NCBI GenBank assembly: GCA_902785705.1
Contig: CACZZN010000011.1
Location: 605 to 64,604, forward strand
Source of the DNA: an uncultured Veillonellaceae bacterium
Lineage (GTDB): Bacteria > Bacillota > Negativicutes > Selenomonadales > Selenomonadaceae
Length of the DNA: 64,000 bases
Reading direction: 5' to 3'
In this document: positions 15,299 through 25,348 of the stretch, in pieces
Position numbering within the stretch: position 1 is the first letter of the stretch
Layout: every line of letters begins with the position of its first letter
Notes under the pieces: model-generated
Database searches by the model: none
Seen by the model: the letters and a program-made list of their open reading frames with translations, nothing else
What the model was told of the DNA's origin: nothing
Translations under genes and position numbers: made by a program

Positions 15299-16891
15299 TC
15301 ACTTGGGAAAAACAATATCGCATTCAAACATCCTGAGCCATGGGAGTTTGACGGTGAAATCGGTGGGAATCCATGGCATGTGCGCCTTGGCAAATTCCCG
15401 CATGAGCTCTGTGCTGCGCTTTTCCGCAAAGTCGAGCTTGTCATCCAGCTTGTAATAATACTTGTAGCTGCCGAAATTTCTCACCAGCTCCGTGCCCACC
15501 CACGAGCGCACATTGGCCTGATAGGCCCAGTCGTCCAGATAGCGCACTGCCAGCAGATGGTCCTTTCTGGCTGCGTCCATCTTTCTTGTGAGCAACCCCA
15601 TGCCCAGGGCGAAACCAGTGGAATTGGTGGGGGTATTCCAGCCGGAATAGGACTGCAGACGGCGGAGCAGATTCTTTTTCTCAAAGAGATTCAGCAGTGC
15701 ATTGTCCGCGCCGTTTGCATATTTAATATCCGCCACACCCACGGGATAGCCCGCCGCTATGGCCTCCTCTGTCATGTTGACGAAGGCCTTGGTGTCCTTT
15801 CCCGCCTTGAGGTCCGGTATGAAATCCGCCTCCGTGGGACAGGTGTTCAACGTGTCGATGGTTCTGCCCTTCAGCTCCGTATTCACCAGCAGCAGGAGAT
15901 CTGCCCGCTTGGGGGTGTTGACCCGAAGGCCCCCTGCAATTTTCAATGCTGCCTCCACGGAGTCGGAGATCTTCTCATCGGAAAACTCCGGGATGGTATC
16001 TCCCCCCTTGCCTATGCCGTAGCGGACGCAGACAAAGGGAATATCCCCCGTCATATCGTTGATGGCCCGATTCAGCAGCAGGATGTTGAATTCGTCTATG
16101 CCCGGCAGGGACTGGAATTTGCTCTTGGGCAGGTTCTTTTCCTCCGCATAGGCCAGAATCTGCCTGTTTTCCCTATGGGTCTGGCAAAGGGGCGCGTTGT
16201 CGTCCCGCCCCAAGATCAGATAGTCTATGACCCCCTCTTTGATCATATCCATCAACCGTTTGGTGGCGGAAAGGTTCTTCTGCCGCCTGTCAAACCAATC
16301 CTTCCTGCATTCCTCCGGAATGGCTTTTTCGTGTGCCTGCAGTTCACGGCGCTCGGAGGCGCTGAGCTTCCCCGTCTCTCCCTTGTCCAGCAGTCGGGTG
16401 TACTGGAAAATGTGCGCCCCGTACGTTTCGTAGTAGGCCGGCTCCTCAATATTACCCACCCATCCCTCAAAGGGAGTCCGCATGAGAGAATCAAAGACGT
16501 AGATGTGCAGACCGGGATTTTCCCTGCGGAGCTTTACAAAATTATCCAGCCGCTCGGCCAGCTCCTCCTGACTCACCTCATGTTTTCGTGAAGGAATCAA
16601 TCCCCCATAAAGCAGGGAATCGGATGAAATGACAACAGATTTTGCCGCCGGGGCATTCTCCCTCAGCCATTGCCAAAGCTCCTCCGGATGCCCCATGTTC
16701 GTGGCGTTGCTGAGCATCTCCTTGGGGGGCAGAAGCATCTCATAGCCTGCGCCCTCCACCACCTCTACCGTCTGATGATAGGAAATGGGCCTGTCATCGT
16801 GCGGCAGGAAAAGTATCTTGCGCCCTGCTCCCTGTGCAGAAGTCCAAGGCAGCAGCATAGCAATCAAAACCATAAGCATTAATTTCTTCAA
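15299..16891 (-). CDS. DUF4127-like exported protein
   Basis: Start set at TTG 16891, 9 nt after GGAGG, which gives the signal-peptide-like MKKLMLMVLIAMLLPWTSAQG. KILFLPHDDRP near the N-terminus matches my memory of DUF4127. Confidence 0.5.
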   Translation of the reverse strand: MKKLMLMVLIAMLLPWTSAQGAGRKILFLPHDDRPISYHQTVEVVEGAGYEMLLPPKEMLSNATNMGHPEELWQWLRENAPAAKSVVISSDSLLYGGLIPSRKHEVSQEELAERLDNFVKLRRENPGLHIYVFDSLMRTPFEGWVGNIEEPAYYETYGAHIFQYTRLLDKGETGKLSASERRELQAHEKAIPEECRKDWFDRRQKNLSATKRLMDMIKEGVIDYLILGRDDNAPLCQTHRENRQILAYAEEKNLPKSKFQSLPGIDEFNILLLNRAINDMTGDIPFVCVRYGIGKGGDTIPEFSDEKISDSVEAALKIAGGLRVNTPKRADLLLLVNTELKGRTIDTLNTCPTEADFIPDLKAGKDTKAFVNMTEEAIAAGYPVGVADIKYANGADNALLNLFEKKNLLRRLQSYSGWNTPTNSTGFALGMGLLTRKMDAARKDHLLAVRYLDDWAYQANVRSWVGTELVRNFGSYKYYYKLDDKLDFAEKRSTELMREFAKAHMPWIPTDFTVKLPWLRMFECDIVFPK

Positions 16892-17184
16892 AGTGAAACA
16901 CCTCCACGGTAGAATTTCGCCGTTCCGCGGAGAAATCCTGCCGGCGAAAGAAAGTCCTTGCCCGAATGCCAGCAGCGGCGGAAGCTGCGCAAATGAAGTC
17001 ATCCATATTTCTATACTTCGAGAGACAGCGATGATTCACCTTCTGCAACGGGAATTTGTCTCACAGAGCATCCGAAACGGCACATTCAGGGATTTTACCA
17101 ATCTTGCAGGACTTTTGAGTCAAATGTCGAAAAAGAGAAGGATAAGATCATCGGACACGAAAAGCAAGAAGGAGATGCGTCAAG

Positions 17185-18909
17185 ATGAGTTGGATGAACA
17201 ACATTAAAGTAGCGTACAAGATACTGATTTTGGTCATCATTGCCGCGATCGGCATGATCCTGATCGGCTACCGCGGGTACGCCACCATGGAAGATTCCCG
17301 GCAGGGATTGGAGACCATGTACCAGCAGAACATGCAGCAGATTTATCACATCGGCGAGGCTAAATACATGATGCGGGACATGCAGTCCAGAGCTGCGCTC
17401 GCGCTCGCCGCGACGCCGGGAGATGCGGATAGATTCAAAGACTTGAAGAATGACGCGGCAAAGATTCAGGCATCGTTTGATGAAAACTGGGCGAAATACG
17501 AGGCGGCTTCCCAAAACATGCCGGATGCCCAGGCCAAGAGCGCAAATGTCAAAAACGCATGGAAGAGTTTTTTTGATATCATGACCAACGTCATGGACCT
17601 TTGCGCGCAGAACCGCCGTGACGAGGCCTCCGCGCTCTACAGCAGCAAGGGCGGACAGGCGACGACAGATGTGAGAAAGCCCTTGGAAGCCCTGCAGGAA
17701 GAAGCGCAGACCACAGGCGAAAGCATCTATCAGGAAATTGACAATGCCGCCAAGACCGCCGCTATTTCCATGATCGTCATGTGTCTCATCGCATTGGTGC
17801 TGCTCTGTGCCGGAAGCATGTGGATCTCCAAGGAGATCACGCATCCGATCGCCGCGATGATGGCGGCATGCGCCCGCCTGCGGGACGGGGACTTCCGCCA
17901 GACGCCCCAGCAGATCGTGCGGGGGGATGAATTCGGCGATATGGCAAACGTCATTTTTGCCATGCGCATCAACCTCAACAAGCTCATGAAGCAGACGAAT
18001 ACCTCCACACAGCAGCTGGCGGCCGCTTCTGAAGAGCTGACCGCCAGTGCAGGACAATCGGCGGACGCCTCGAATCAGGTAGCGCAGTCCGTGACAGATG
18101 CCGCAGGGGCAGTCGTGGAGCAGCAGTCCGCGGTTGACAGCAGCATGACCGCCATCAAGCGCGCCGCAGATTCCGTGGAATCCATACGCCAGCGCGCCGG
18201 GAACGTAGCAGAACAGTCCACCACGGCCTTCCACTACGCAGAAGCTGGCGGAAAAACCATTGAGTCGACCGTCCAGCAGATCCAAAGCGCAGAGAGCACC
18301 GTTCAGGATTCTGCGGCGATCGTGGATAAGCTCGGCGCACGCTCCCAAGAGATTGGCCAGATCGTAGAAGCCATCTCAAATATCGCGGAACAGACGAATT
18401 TGCTTGCGCTGAACGCAGCCATCGAGGCGGCGCGGGCAGGCGAGCATGGGCGCGGGTTTGCCGTCGTGGCGGAAGAAGTGAGGAAGCTTGCCGAGCAGTC
18501 CGCAGAGGCGGCAAACAAAATATCGGCCCTCATCTCCAGCATTCAGAGCGACACGCAGGACGCGGTCGATTCCATGCAGGCGGGACGCAAGGCCGTGGCC
18601 GAAGGCGCTCAGTCCGTTGCTTCCCTGCAGGAAGCCTTCCGTCAGATCCAACATCTGGTGGAAGCCGTCACACAGGAAGCGAACAGCATGGCGGATGCTG
18701 TTCAGGTAGTCGCCAAGGATACCGAACATATTTCCAATGAAGTGGACACCATTGCGCACCAAGGAAACAGAGTCTCCGATGAGATGCAGACCGTTTCCGC
18801 CGCAACGGAGCAGCAATCCGCTTCCGCCTCGGAAATCGCAACCGCCAGCAGCGCACTCTCGAAACTTGCAACGGAGCTGCAGGTATCCCTTGGAAAGTTC
18901 AAGTTCTGA
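17185..18909 (+). CDS. Methyl-accepting chemotaxis protein (transmembrane, HAMP)
   Basis: 574 aa. Two TM segments flank a periplasmic helical sensor. Signalling domain [33 protein letters not shown]. Confidence 0.88.
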   Translation: MSWMNNIKVAYKILILVIIAAIGMILIGYRGYATMEDSRQGLETMYQQNMQQIYHIGEAKYMMRDMQSRAALALAATPGDADRFKDLKNDAAKIQASFDENWAKYEAASQNMPDAQAKSANVKNAWKSFFDIMTNVMDLCAQNRRDEASALYSSKGGQATTDVRKPLEALQEEAQTTGESIYQEIDNAAKTAAISMIVMCLIALVLLCAGSMWISKEITHPIAAMMAACARLRDGDFRQTPQQIVRGDEFGDMANVIFAMRINLNKLMKQTNTSTQQLAAASEELTASAGQSADASNQVAQSVTDAAGAVVEQQSAVDSSMTAIKRAADSVESIRQRAGNVAEQSTTAFHYAEAGGKTIESTVQQIQSAESTVQDSAAIVDKLGARSQEIGQIVEAISNIAEQTNLLALNAAIEAARAGEHGRGFAVVAEEVRKLAEQSAEAANKISALISSIQSDTQDAVDSMQAGRKAVAEGAQSVASLQEAFRQIQHLVEAVTQEANSMADAVQVVAKDTEHISNEVDTIAHQGNRVSDEMQTVSAATEQQSASASEIATASSALSKLATELQVSLGKFKF

Positions 18910-18969
18910 GTCCCATAAAAAGCGAGGACGCACGCGCATCCCCGCTTTTTTCATGCAAATCTCCCAAAC

Positions 18970-20877
18970 TCAGCCGGCTTCCTGCAACGCTCGTGCAAGC
19001 TCCCCATAGAACAGCGAAGGCTCGATGGGTTTCAGCAGATGGCCGTTCATGCCTGCCTCCATGCTGAGCTCGATGTCTTTTTCCTCCCCGTCTCCCGAAA
19101 GCGCAAAAATCGGAACGAATTTCGCATCGACACGCGACATATCCCGAATAGCTTTCGTTACCTCATAGCCATCCATGATCGGCATATGCACATCCATCAG
19201 AATGATATGGATCGAGCCAATCTCCGAATCGGAAAAAACAGAGACCGCCTCGCTCCCATCCGAAGCATAAAGCACCTTCATCCCCTGATGCTCCAACAGG
19301 GTTCCCGCAATCTCGCGGTTCAGATCGTCATCGTCGCAGACCAGTACCGTATGCCCCTGCAAGGCAGCGCTGAAATCCTGCCCCGCATGGTTCCGATCCG
19401 CAGGGATTCCGGCAGCTGCACCCTCCTGCCATGTCATCCAGATATCGAATCGCGTCCCCTTCCCCGGCTCGCTCTGCACCTCGATGCGCCCGCTCATGAG
19501 CGTTACAAGCTGCTTGACGATTGCCATGCCGAGTCCCGTTCCCTTGATTTTTTTCGTCTTCGCATTTCGCTCCTGAGAGAAAGGCGTAAATATCTTCGGC
19601 AGGAATTCCGGCTCCATGCCGATGCCCGTGTCGCTGACGACAATATGGCAGTTATTGCCGTCCCCGAACTCCCTCGGCCCCTCGATGGAAAGCGTAACGG
19701 TTCCATCCTTCGGCGTGAATTTCACCGCGTTGGACAACAGATTTAGGATAATTTTCTGCATCTTGAGCCCGTCCAGAAAAACATGCTCAAATCCCATATC
19801 CTCCAGTTCCAAACGGAACTGCACCCCGTTCAGTTCTGCATTGGAACGAATAGGCGTCAGCACGCTTTCCAGCATTTCCTTGACATCCGTATCCTCCGGC
19901 TCCAGTTCCAGCTTTCCGTCCGAAATCTTGCTGAAATCCAAGGTATCATTGATGAGCGACAGCATGAACTTCCCCGTGCTCTGTATCTTCGCGAGATATT
20001 CGGACTTCTTCTGCTCGCCCGGCGAATGGATCGCCATATCCGTAAAGCCCAGAATGCCATTGAGCGGCGTGCGCATATCGTGGCTCACATTCGTCACGAA
20101 GGCCGCCCGTGCGGAGCTTTCCCGCTCCGCCGCAAGGAGCTTTTCATTCTGTTTCTTCGCAGTCACATCCGTGATAAAATGCGCGCAGGCAAGGCGCCCG
20201 TACCAGGAAATCCCCTTCTTCTCGATATTGAGGTAGCTGTCGTTCTCCTTCACATGTCGCACCAGTTCCTGACGGCTCCCAACCTTCAGGCTTTTCAGCT
20301 GGCAGTCCGCACAGACGTCGCAGTGCCCAAACATGTAGCCGTGGCAAGTTTTCCCCGCATAGTCTCCCTTTGTCAGGCTGCTCTGCACCGCCGCTCGGTT
20401 TGCATACAGGAGTTCCTCCGTCTCCGCATCGCAGACAAAGACCAGCGTATCCATTTCCTCCAAAAGCTCCAGCTGGGCATCCATCTGCTCCGACGCATCC
20501 GCAAAGGAAACGACCACGACGGGCATGTCCTGCATCACCCCCGCATGTCTTATGAGCATGCGCACCCAATGCGTTTCCCCCTGCTTATCCGCCACACGGC
20601 AGATGCACTCCGACTGGCGATGCGTTGGCAGACTGCAATCCGCAAGCGCTTTCTCCACACGGGCACGATCCCCCGGCATGACGCCCGCCAGAGGCCCCTG
20701 CTCCGCAAATGACCGAAAATTTCCTTCCTCCAGACCGCCAACGGGCTCCAGCGTCCTGACAGCAGCCAAAAACTGCATGTCCTGCTCCCGAACAAGATAG
20801 GCCACGCAATTTCCCGGCAGCAGTTCCATCATATCCCGCAACTTTTCATCCGTGAATTCCATCGCCATCCCCCCCAA
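18970..20877 (-). CDS. Hybrid sensor histidine kinase / response regulator with PAS region
   Basis: H-box FVTNVSHDMRTPLN, an HATPase region (VVSDTGIGM, GTGLGMAIV) and a C-terminal receiver (VLVCDDDDLN...ILMDVHMPIMDG). Confidence 0.88.
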   Translation of the reverse strand: MGGMAMEFTDEKLRDMMELLPGNCVAYLVREQDMQFLAAVRTLEPVGGLEEGNFRSFAEQGPLAGVMPGDRARVEKALADCSLPTHRQSECICRVADKQGETHWVRMLIRHAGVMQDMPVVVVSFADASEQMDAQLELLEEMDTLVFVCDAETEELLYANRAAVQSSLTKGDYAGKTCHGYMFGHCDVCADCQLKSLKVGSRQELVRHVKENDSYLNIEKKGISWYGRLACAHFITDVTAKKQNEKLLAAERESSARAAFVTNVSHDMRTPLNGILGFTDMAIHSPGEQKKSEYLAKIQSTGKFMLSLINDTLDFSKISDGKLELEPEDTDVKEMLESVLTPIRSNAELNGVQFRLELEDMGFEHVFLDGLKMQKIILNLLSNAVKFTPKDGTVTLSIEGPREFGDGNNCHIVVSDTGIGMEPEFLPKIFTPFSQERNAKTKKIKGTGLGMAIVKQLVTLMSGRIEVQSEPGKGTRFDIWMTWQEGAAAGIPADRNHAGQDFSAALQGHTVLVCDDDDLNREIAGTLLEHQGMKVLYASDGSEAVSVFSDSEIGSIHIILMDVHMPIMDGYEVTKAIRDMSRVDAKFVPIFALSGDGEEKDIELSMEAGMNGHLLKPIEPSLFYGELARALQEAG

Positions 20878-21042
20878 GGTCTTGCACCATATCTTCGATA
20901 CCTTTTATATTCTATCCATCTCCAAAACATTCCTGCTAAGAACCTGTGCTTAAAATCAAAAAGCAGCATCCCATGTCCCATTGCCACCATGGAATACTGC
21001 TTAAACAAAGTATTGCAGGAGAATGACATACCACCTGCAACA

Positions 21043-21390
21043 TCAACCCGGCGGCCACTGCATGGAGCGCCCGCCCAAAAGATGGAAATGCAGATGCTTG
21101 ACCGTCTGCTGCCCGTCTTTTCCCGTATTCACCACAAGGCGGAAACCGCTTGCATCGACGCCGAGCTGCTTCGCGATTTCCGGCAGCACATCCACAAGGA
21201 TATGCGCTGCCAAATCCTTATCCTCCTGCTGCAGGCCCAGCACGCTCTCCACATGTTTCTTCGGAATCACCAGCACATGCTCCGGCGCCTGCGGCTGCAG
21301 ATCCCGGAACGCCACCACCTGCTCATCCTCATAAACAACGGTAGAAGGGATCTCCTTCTGTGCAATCTTGCAAAAAATACAATCTGACAT
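21043..21390 (-). CDS. HIT-family (histidine triad) protein
   Basis: 115 aa. CIFCKI N-terminus and the HLHFHLLGG triad. Confidence 0.88.
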   Translation of the reverse strand: MSDCIFCKIAQKEIPSTVVYEDEQVVAFRDLQPQAPEHVLVIPKKHVESVLGLQQEDKDLAAHILVDVLPEIAKQLGVDASGFRLVVNTGKDGQQTVKHLHFHLLGGRSMQWPPG

Positions 21391-21414
21391 TCCGAACCAC
21401 TCCTTCGCTCAATC

Positions 21415-22410
21415 TTACTCTCCCCGCCTTCCATGATAAAGGCACCACGGCTCTTCCGCCATATAGTCCCCTTCATGGTAATAGGCCGCCCTTGCCCTGC
21501 ACCCTCCGCAGATGCGGTGGTACTCGCAGGTTCCGCAGCCGCCGCCATATTCCAAGGTGCGCAGCTTCGCCAAGACCTCATTCTGTTTCCATATCTCATC
21601 GAAGGGCGTCTCCCGCACATCCCCCAGCTCCATATTGAGATAAGCGCAGGGCTGCACCTTTCCGCGCGGACTGATGATGCAGTAGGAAAGCCCCGCAAGG
21701 CAGCCCCGTCGGAACCTTGTCTTGACTCCCATCTGCGCCGCAATGCGCAAAAACTGAGGCGCACAGGTCGGCTTGAGCTCAATCTCCACTTCCTGCTGCT
21801 TCTTCATGATCCGCGTGAGCACATCCTCGTAGGCCTCCGCGCGAAGGGACTCCTCCTCGATGGTTTTGGCACGCCCTGTCGGCACCAGAAAAAAGAAATG
21901 ATGGGCCTTGGCGCCGATCTCCACCGCAAAATCCGTCATGGCCTCCAGCTCGTGGCTGTTCCAGTCCATAACCGTCGTATGGATCTGGAAGGGCAAGCCT
22001 GCCTCCCGACAGTTTTTCATGCCCTCCACCGCACCCTCCCATGCTTTGGGGAATGCGCGGAACTTATTGTGCTTCTCCTTGTCCAGGGAATCCAGGGAGA
22101 TTCCCATGCCCTTCGCGCCTGCAGCCTTTAAATCCCTTGCCATCTGCGGCGTGATGAGCGTGCCGTTCGTGCCGAAAACCGGAATCAGATGCAGACTCGC
22201 CGCATGGGCAACCAGCTCCAGAATATCGGGGCGCATCAAGGGCTCACCCCCCGAAAAAATCATGATTTTAAAGCCTGCCCGCGCGATCTGCTCCAAAAGC
22301 GTCTTCGCCTCCGAGGTCGAAAGCTCCTCCTCCGCCTTGCAGCCCGCATCACGATAGCAGTGGGCACAGTACATATTGCAGGCATTGGTCGTATTCCAGG
22401 AAACAATCAT
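21415..22410 (-). CDS. Radical SAM protein, NirJ2/AhbD-like
   Basis: 331 aa. CNMYCAHCY cluster motif, SGGEPL, and C-terminal extra Cys motifs (SPASM-like). 4-nt overlap with the upstream paralog. Confidence 0.55.
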   Translation of the reverse strand: MIVSWNTTNACNMYCAHCYRDAGCKAEEELSTSEAKTLLEQIARAGFKIMIFSGGEPLMRPDILELVAHAASLHLIPVFGTNGTLITPQMARDLKAAGAKGMGISLDSLDKEKHNKFRAFPKAWEGAVEGMKNCREAGLPFQIHTTVMDWNSHELEAMTDFAVEIGAKAHHFFFLVPTGRAKTIEEESLRAEAYEDVLTRIMKKQQEVEIELKPTCAPQFLRIAAQMGVKTRFRRGCLAGLSYCIISPRGKVQPCAYLNMELGDVRETPFDEIWKQNEVLAKLRTLEYGGGCGTCEYHRICGGCRARAAYYHEGDYMAEEPWCLYHGRRGE

Positions 22411-23609
22411 ACCGCCGCCTCCCTTGCATCATCTGCAAGACCGATTTCTTCATCCGTCAGGTAGCAGGAGGGATCCGACTCCCAGAAATCCCCCGTGCGA
22501 GCTTCCGCACGCGTACGGAAATTGCCGTTGCAGAAATCCAGATACTTGCAGGCCGCGCAGCGCCCCTTCAACAGCCCCTTGCGGTCCTTGAGCCCTCGCA
22601 TGATGGGATGCGTCGTGTCCATCCAGATATCCCCGAATTTCCGCTCCCGCACATTCCCGAACGTATGGTGCTGCGTGAACTGGTCGGGGTGCACATAGCC
22701 CATCGGATCCACCTCGCCGAAGGCGATGCCCGAGCGATTCCCGCCGTTCATGGAAATATACTTCCTGACCTGCTTCGCCGTTTCCTCCTTTCCCTCCGCC
22801 AAGGCCCGCAAATACATGTAGACGCCATCGCAGTGATTGTCGACGGTCAAGATCTCCTTCTCCAGCCCCCGTTCCTCGAAATCCTTCGTGCGGCGGATGA
22901 TGATATCCATCGCGCGGCGCGATTCCTCCGGCGTCACATCCTCGTCCATCATTTGATTGCCGCGCCCCGAATAGACCAGATGGTAGAAGCATACGCGGTT
23001 GATCCCCTTTTCTTCGATGAAATCAAAGATATGCTCCAGTTCCTGCAGATTATGATGATTGATCGTAAAGCGAAGCCCCACGCGCTGCCCTACGGCAACG
23101 CAGTTCTCAATGCCCTGCATCGCCTTTTCATAGGCGCCTTCCACACCGCGGAATTTGTCATTGACCTCCCGCAGTCCGTCAAGGGAGATTCCCACATAGC
23201 CGATGCCCAGATCCTTGATGCGCCGCGCCACCTCTCGCGTGATCAGCGTACCGTTCGTGGAAAGCGTCGGCCGCAGGCCTTTCTCTGCCGCGTATTCCGC
23301 CAGCTCAAAGAAATCCGGGCGGATCAGCGGTTCGCCGCCTGAAAAGAGCAGCACTGGCACATGGAACTCCGCCAAATCATCAATAAATTTCTTTGCTTCT
23401 GCCGTCGTCAGTTCATCCTGATATTTTTTCGCATCTGAATTCATGTAGCAATGGCGGCATTTCAAATTGCAGGTGCGCGTGGAGTTCCAGACCACCACGG
23501 GGCCCATGCCATCCGCCGCGCCATTTTTCTGATGATGCGCGTTCTTGGTATATCTGAGCGTATCGCCAAAGTAGTCCCTTGCAAATAAAAGCTTCGTTAC
23601 ACTGATCAT
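22407..23609 (-). CDS. Radical SAM protein, NirJ1/AhbC-like
   Basis: 400 aa. GDTLRYTK...PVVVWNSTRTCNLKCRHCY, SGGEPL, and a C-terminal Cys-rich region. Confidence 0.55.
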   Translation of the reverse strand: MISVTKLLFARDYFGDTLRYTKNAHHQKNGAADGMGPVVVWNSTRTCNLKCRHCYMNSDAKKYQDELTTAEAKKFIDDLAEFHVPVLLFSGGEPLIRPDFFELAEYAAEKGLRPTLSTNGTLITREVARRIKDLGIGYVGISLDGLREVNDKFRGVEGAYEKAMQGIENCVAVGQRVGLRFTINHHNLQELEHIFDFIEEKGINRVCFYHLVYSGRGNQMMDEDVTPEESRRAMDIIIRRTKDFEERGLEKEILTVDNHCDGVYMYLRALAEGKEETAKQVRKYISMNGGNRSGIAFGEVDPMGYVHPDQFTQHHTFGNVRERKFGDIWMDTTHPIMRGLKDRKGLLKGRCAACKYLDFCNGNFRTRAEARTGDFWESDPSCYLTDEEIGLADDAREAAV

Positions 23610-23646
23610 TCGTTCTTTCTCTCTCCTAAAATCTTATTTGGAGGAA

Positions 23647-24258
23647 TCATGTCGCTTGCTCCACCCGGATCCCATCCAACAGCAGCAGCGTCTTCAGACG
23701 CACATTCTCCCTGAAGGAAATCTGGAGCTTGCTGAAGGAAGCCGCCTGATAAATGGAATGGAACATCTCCGCAATCAACTCCGCAGGCACATCCTTCCGG
23801 ATCTCGCCATTTTCCTGCCCTTGCCGCAGAATCGACTCAAAAAGAGGCTTGAAGCCGGGCGTAATCTTCCGCATGGAGCGCTCCCCGCCCTCCGGCAATG
23901 CGGCGCGCTCGGACCCGCTCAGAAAAAGCGGCAAGACAAAGCGATTCTCATCCAGAAATTCCGCCGTCACCATGCATCCCGTCTGCAGGAGTTCACGCGC
24001 GCTGTAATTTTCCGCCCGTCCCTGGTCCAGCGCACGATCCACGTTATGTACCAGCCGCTCCAGCAGACAGACGAGAATCTCCTCCTTTGACTCAAAATAA
24101 TTATAGAATGTACCGATGCCCAAATCAGCGGCATTCATAATATTGGCAATCGAGGTCTCCCGGAAACCCCGACTGCCAAACTCTTGTACGGCTGCATCCA
24201 AAATGGCCTGCCGCGACTGAATCTTCTTGCGTTCCCGTCGCCCAAGCTGTTTCTCCAT
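23647..24258 (-). CDS. TetR/AcrR-family transcriptional regulator
   Basis: Start ATG 24258 after AAGGGGGA. N-terminal HTH RKKIQSRQAILDAAVQEFGSRGFRETSIANIMNAADLGIGTFYNYF. Confidence 0.85.
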   Translation of the reverse strand: MEKQLGRRERKKIQSRQAILDAAVQEFGSRGFRETSIANIMNAADLGIGTFYNYFESKEEILVCLLERLVHNVDRALDQGRAENYSARELLQTGCMVTAEFLDENRFVLPLFLSGSERAALPEGGERSMRKITPGFKPLFESILRQGQENGEIRKDVPAELIAEMFHSIYQAASFSKLQISFRENVRLKTLLLLDGIRVEQAT

Positions 24259-24317
24259 AAAAGGTCCCCCTTTGGAACATAAACCCAATCCACTCCTAAA
24301 CTTGCATACATTTCTAT

Positions 24318-24599
24318 ACTCGCGTTCAAGGAAATTTACCAAAACGAAATTACTTCCTGTTTCCGAACGCTGTATATGCAGAATCCGTAAACATTTACCT
24401 TCGCTTCGCTTGGTAAATATCAACGGCTTCTAGTGTAGCAGGTTTCAAATAACTTGCTGTTTGAACGCAGGATAAATTTTCGTGGACACAGGCAGAGGAG
24501 CGCAGTCGTAGCAGAGCTACGTCAAGCAACGATAACGAAGTCCACGGAAATTTAGACAAGTGATTCAGCAAGTTATTTGGAATTTGCTGCACTAGTATA
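24318..24599. repeat. Repeated intergenic element, copy A (conserved ~110-bp arm plus ~165-nt long hairpin 24430-24595)
   Basis: Collinear with 54142-54392. Hairpin arms are CTAGTGTAGCAGGTTTCAAATAACTTGCTG and CAGCAAGTTATTTGGAATTTGCTGCACTAG. Conserved TGGTAAATA (24411-24419) sits just upstream of the hairpin. Confidence 0.8.
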
Positions 24600-24721
24600 T
24601 TATAACGCGAAAAACGCCGCAAAGCTAGTCCCCTTGGAAACCGGATTTCGTGTAAGGGTGTCTGGTAAGTTTGCCAAGAAACGTCCGTGCGAAACGATGT
24701 GCCGCAAGGAACGGTGCGCAA

Positions 24722-24748
24722 ATAAAAAAGCGCCGCTCAAGCGACGCT
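24722..24748 (-). terminator. Intrinsic terminator after the tRNA operon
   Basis: - strand AGCGTCGC/GCGGCGCT stem followed by a U-run. Confidence 0.65.
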
Positions 24749-24758
24749 CTGATCTCAG

Positions 24759-24844
24759 TGGTGGGCAGGGATGGATTCGAACCATCGTAGCCGTAAGGCG
24801 ACGGATTTACAGTCCGTTCCCTTTAACCACTCGGGCACCTACCC
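24759..24844 (-). tRNA. tRNA-Tyr (GTA)
   Basis: 86 nt. GGGTAGG/CCTGCCC acceptor stem, anticodon loop CTGTAAA, long variable arm, GGTTCGAATCC T-loop, encoded CCA. Confidence 0.93.
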
Positions 24845-24850
24845 ACATCA

Positions 24851-24928
24851 TGGTGACCCAGGAGGGACTCGAACCCCCGACCCTTTGATTCGTAGTCAAA
24901 TACTCTAATCCAGCTGAGCTACTGGGCC
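24851..24928 (-). tRNA. tRNA-Arg (ACG)
   Basis: 78 nt. Anticodon loop CTACGAA, GGTTCGAGTCC T-loop, CCA. Confidence 0.93.
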
Positions 24929-24953
24929 ATGATATGAAAACTTTATGCAATTG

Positions 24954-25030
24954 TGGTGGGCCCACTTGGACTCGAACCAAGGACCGACCGGTTATGAGCC
25001 GGTTGCTCTAACCAACTGAGCTATAGGCCC
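24954..25030 (-). tRNA. tRNA with CAT anticodon (Met, or lysidine-modified Ile2)
   Basis: 77 nt. Anticodon loop CTCATAA, GGTTCGAGTCC T-loop, CCA. The body resembles ileX-type tRNAs, but this cannot be decided from sequence alone. Confidence 0.9.
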
Positions 25031-25068
25031 ATAAATATCAATCCGGCTGACCGGATGCATAAACAGAA

Positions 25069-25143
25069 TGGAGCGGAAAACGAGGCTCGAACTCGCGACC
25101 CCCACCTTGGCAAGGTGGTGCTCTACCACTGAGCTATTTCCGC
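25069..25143 (-). tRNA. tRNA-Gly (GCC), copy 1
   Basis: 75 nt. Anticodon loop TTGCCAA, AGTTCGAGCCT T-loop, CCA. Confidence 0.93.
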
Positions 25144-25147
25144 GACA

Positions 25148-25222
25148 TGGAGCGGAAAACGAGGCTCGAACTCGCGACCCCCACCTTGGCAAGGTGGTGC
25201 TCTACCACTGAGCTATTTCCGC
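25148..25222 (-). tRNA. tRNA-Gly (GCC), copy 2 (identical tandem copy)
   Basis: Sequence identical to copy 1, 79 nt upstream of it. Confidence 0.93.
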
Positions 25223-25292
25223 GTCCTCCTGCCAAGCACTCCCACAGGATCAACAAACAATCCCCCGTGCCAGTGGCTGACTGACAAAGACT

Positions 25293-25321
25293 ATTTTACG
25301 CAGTACAGAATGAAAAGTCAA
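25293..25321 (-). promoter_or_regulatory. tRNA operon promoter TTGACT-17-TAAAAT
   Basis: - strand TTGACT 25321-25316, TAAAAT 25298-25293, with an A/T-rich UP-like tract upstream. Confidence 0.6.
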
Positions 25322-25348
25322 GCTTTTTTTCAAAAAATTTTCCAGGCA

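Noticed and set aside
24395-25192. ORFs 24395-24721, 24577-24888, 24600-24785 and 24992-25192 in the repeat element / tRNA region
   Set aside because: They run through five well-formed tRNA genes, a terminator and the repeated hairpin element. No coding signal is present.
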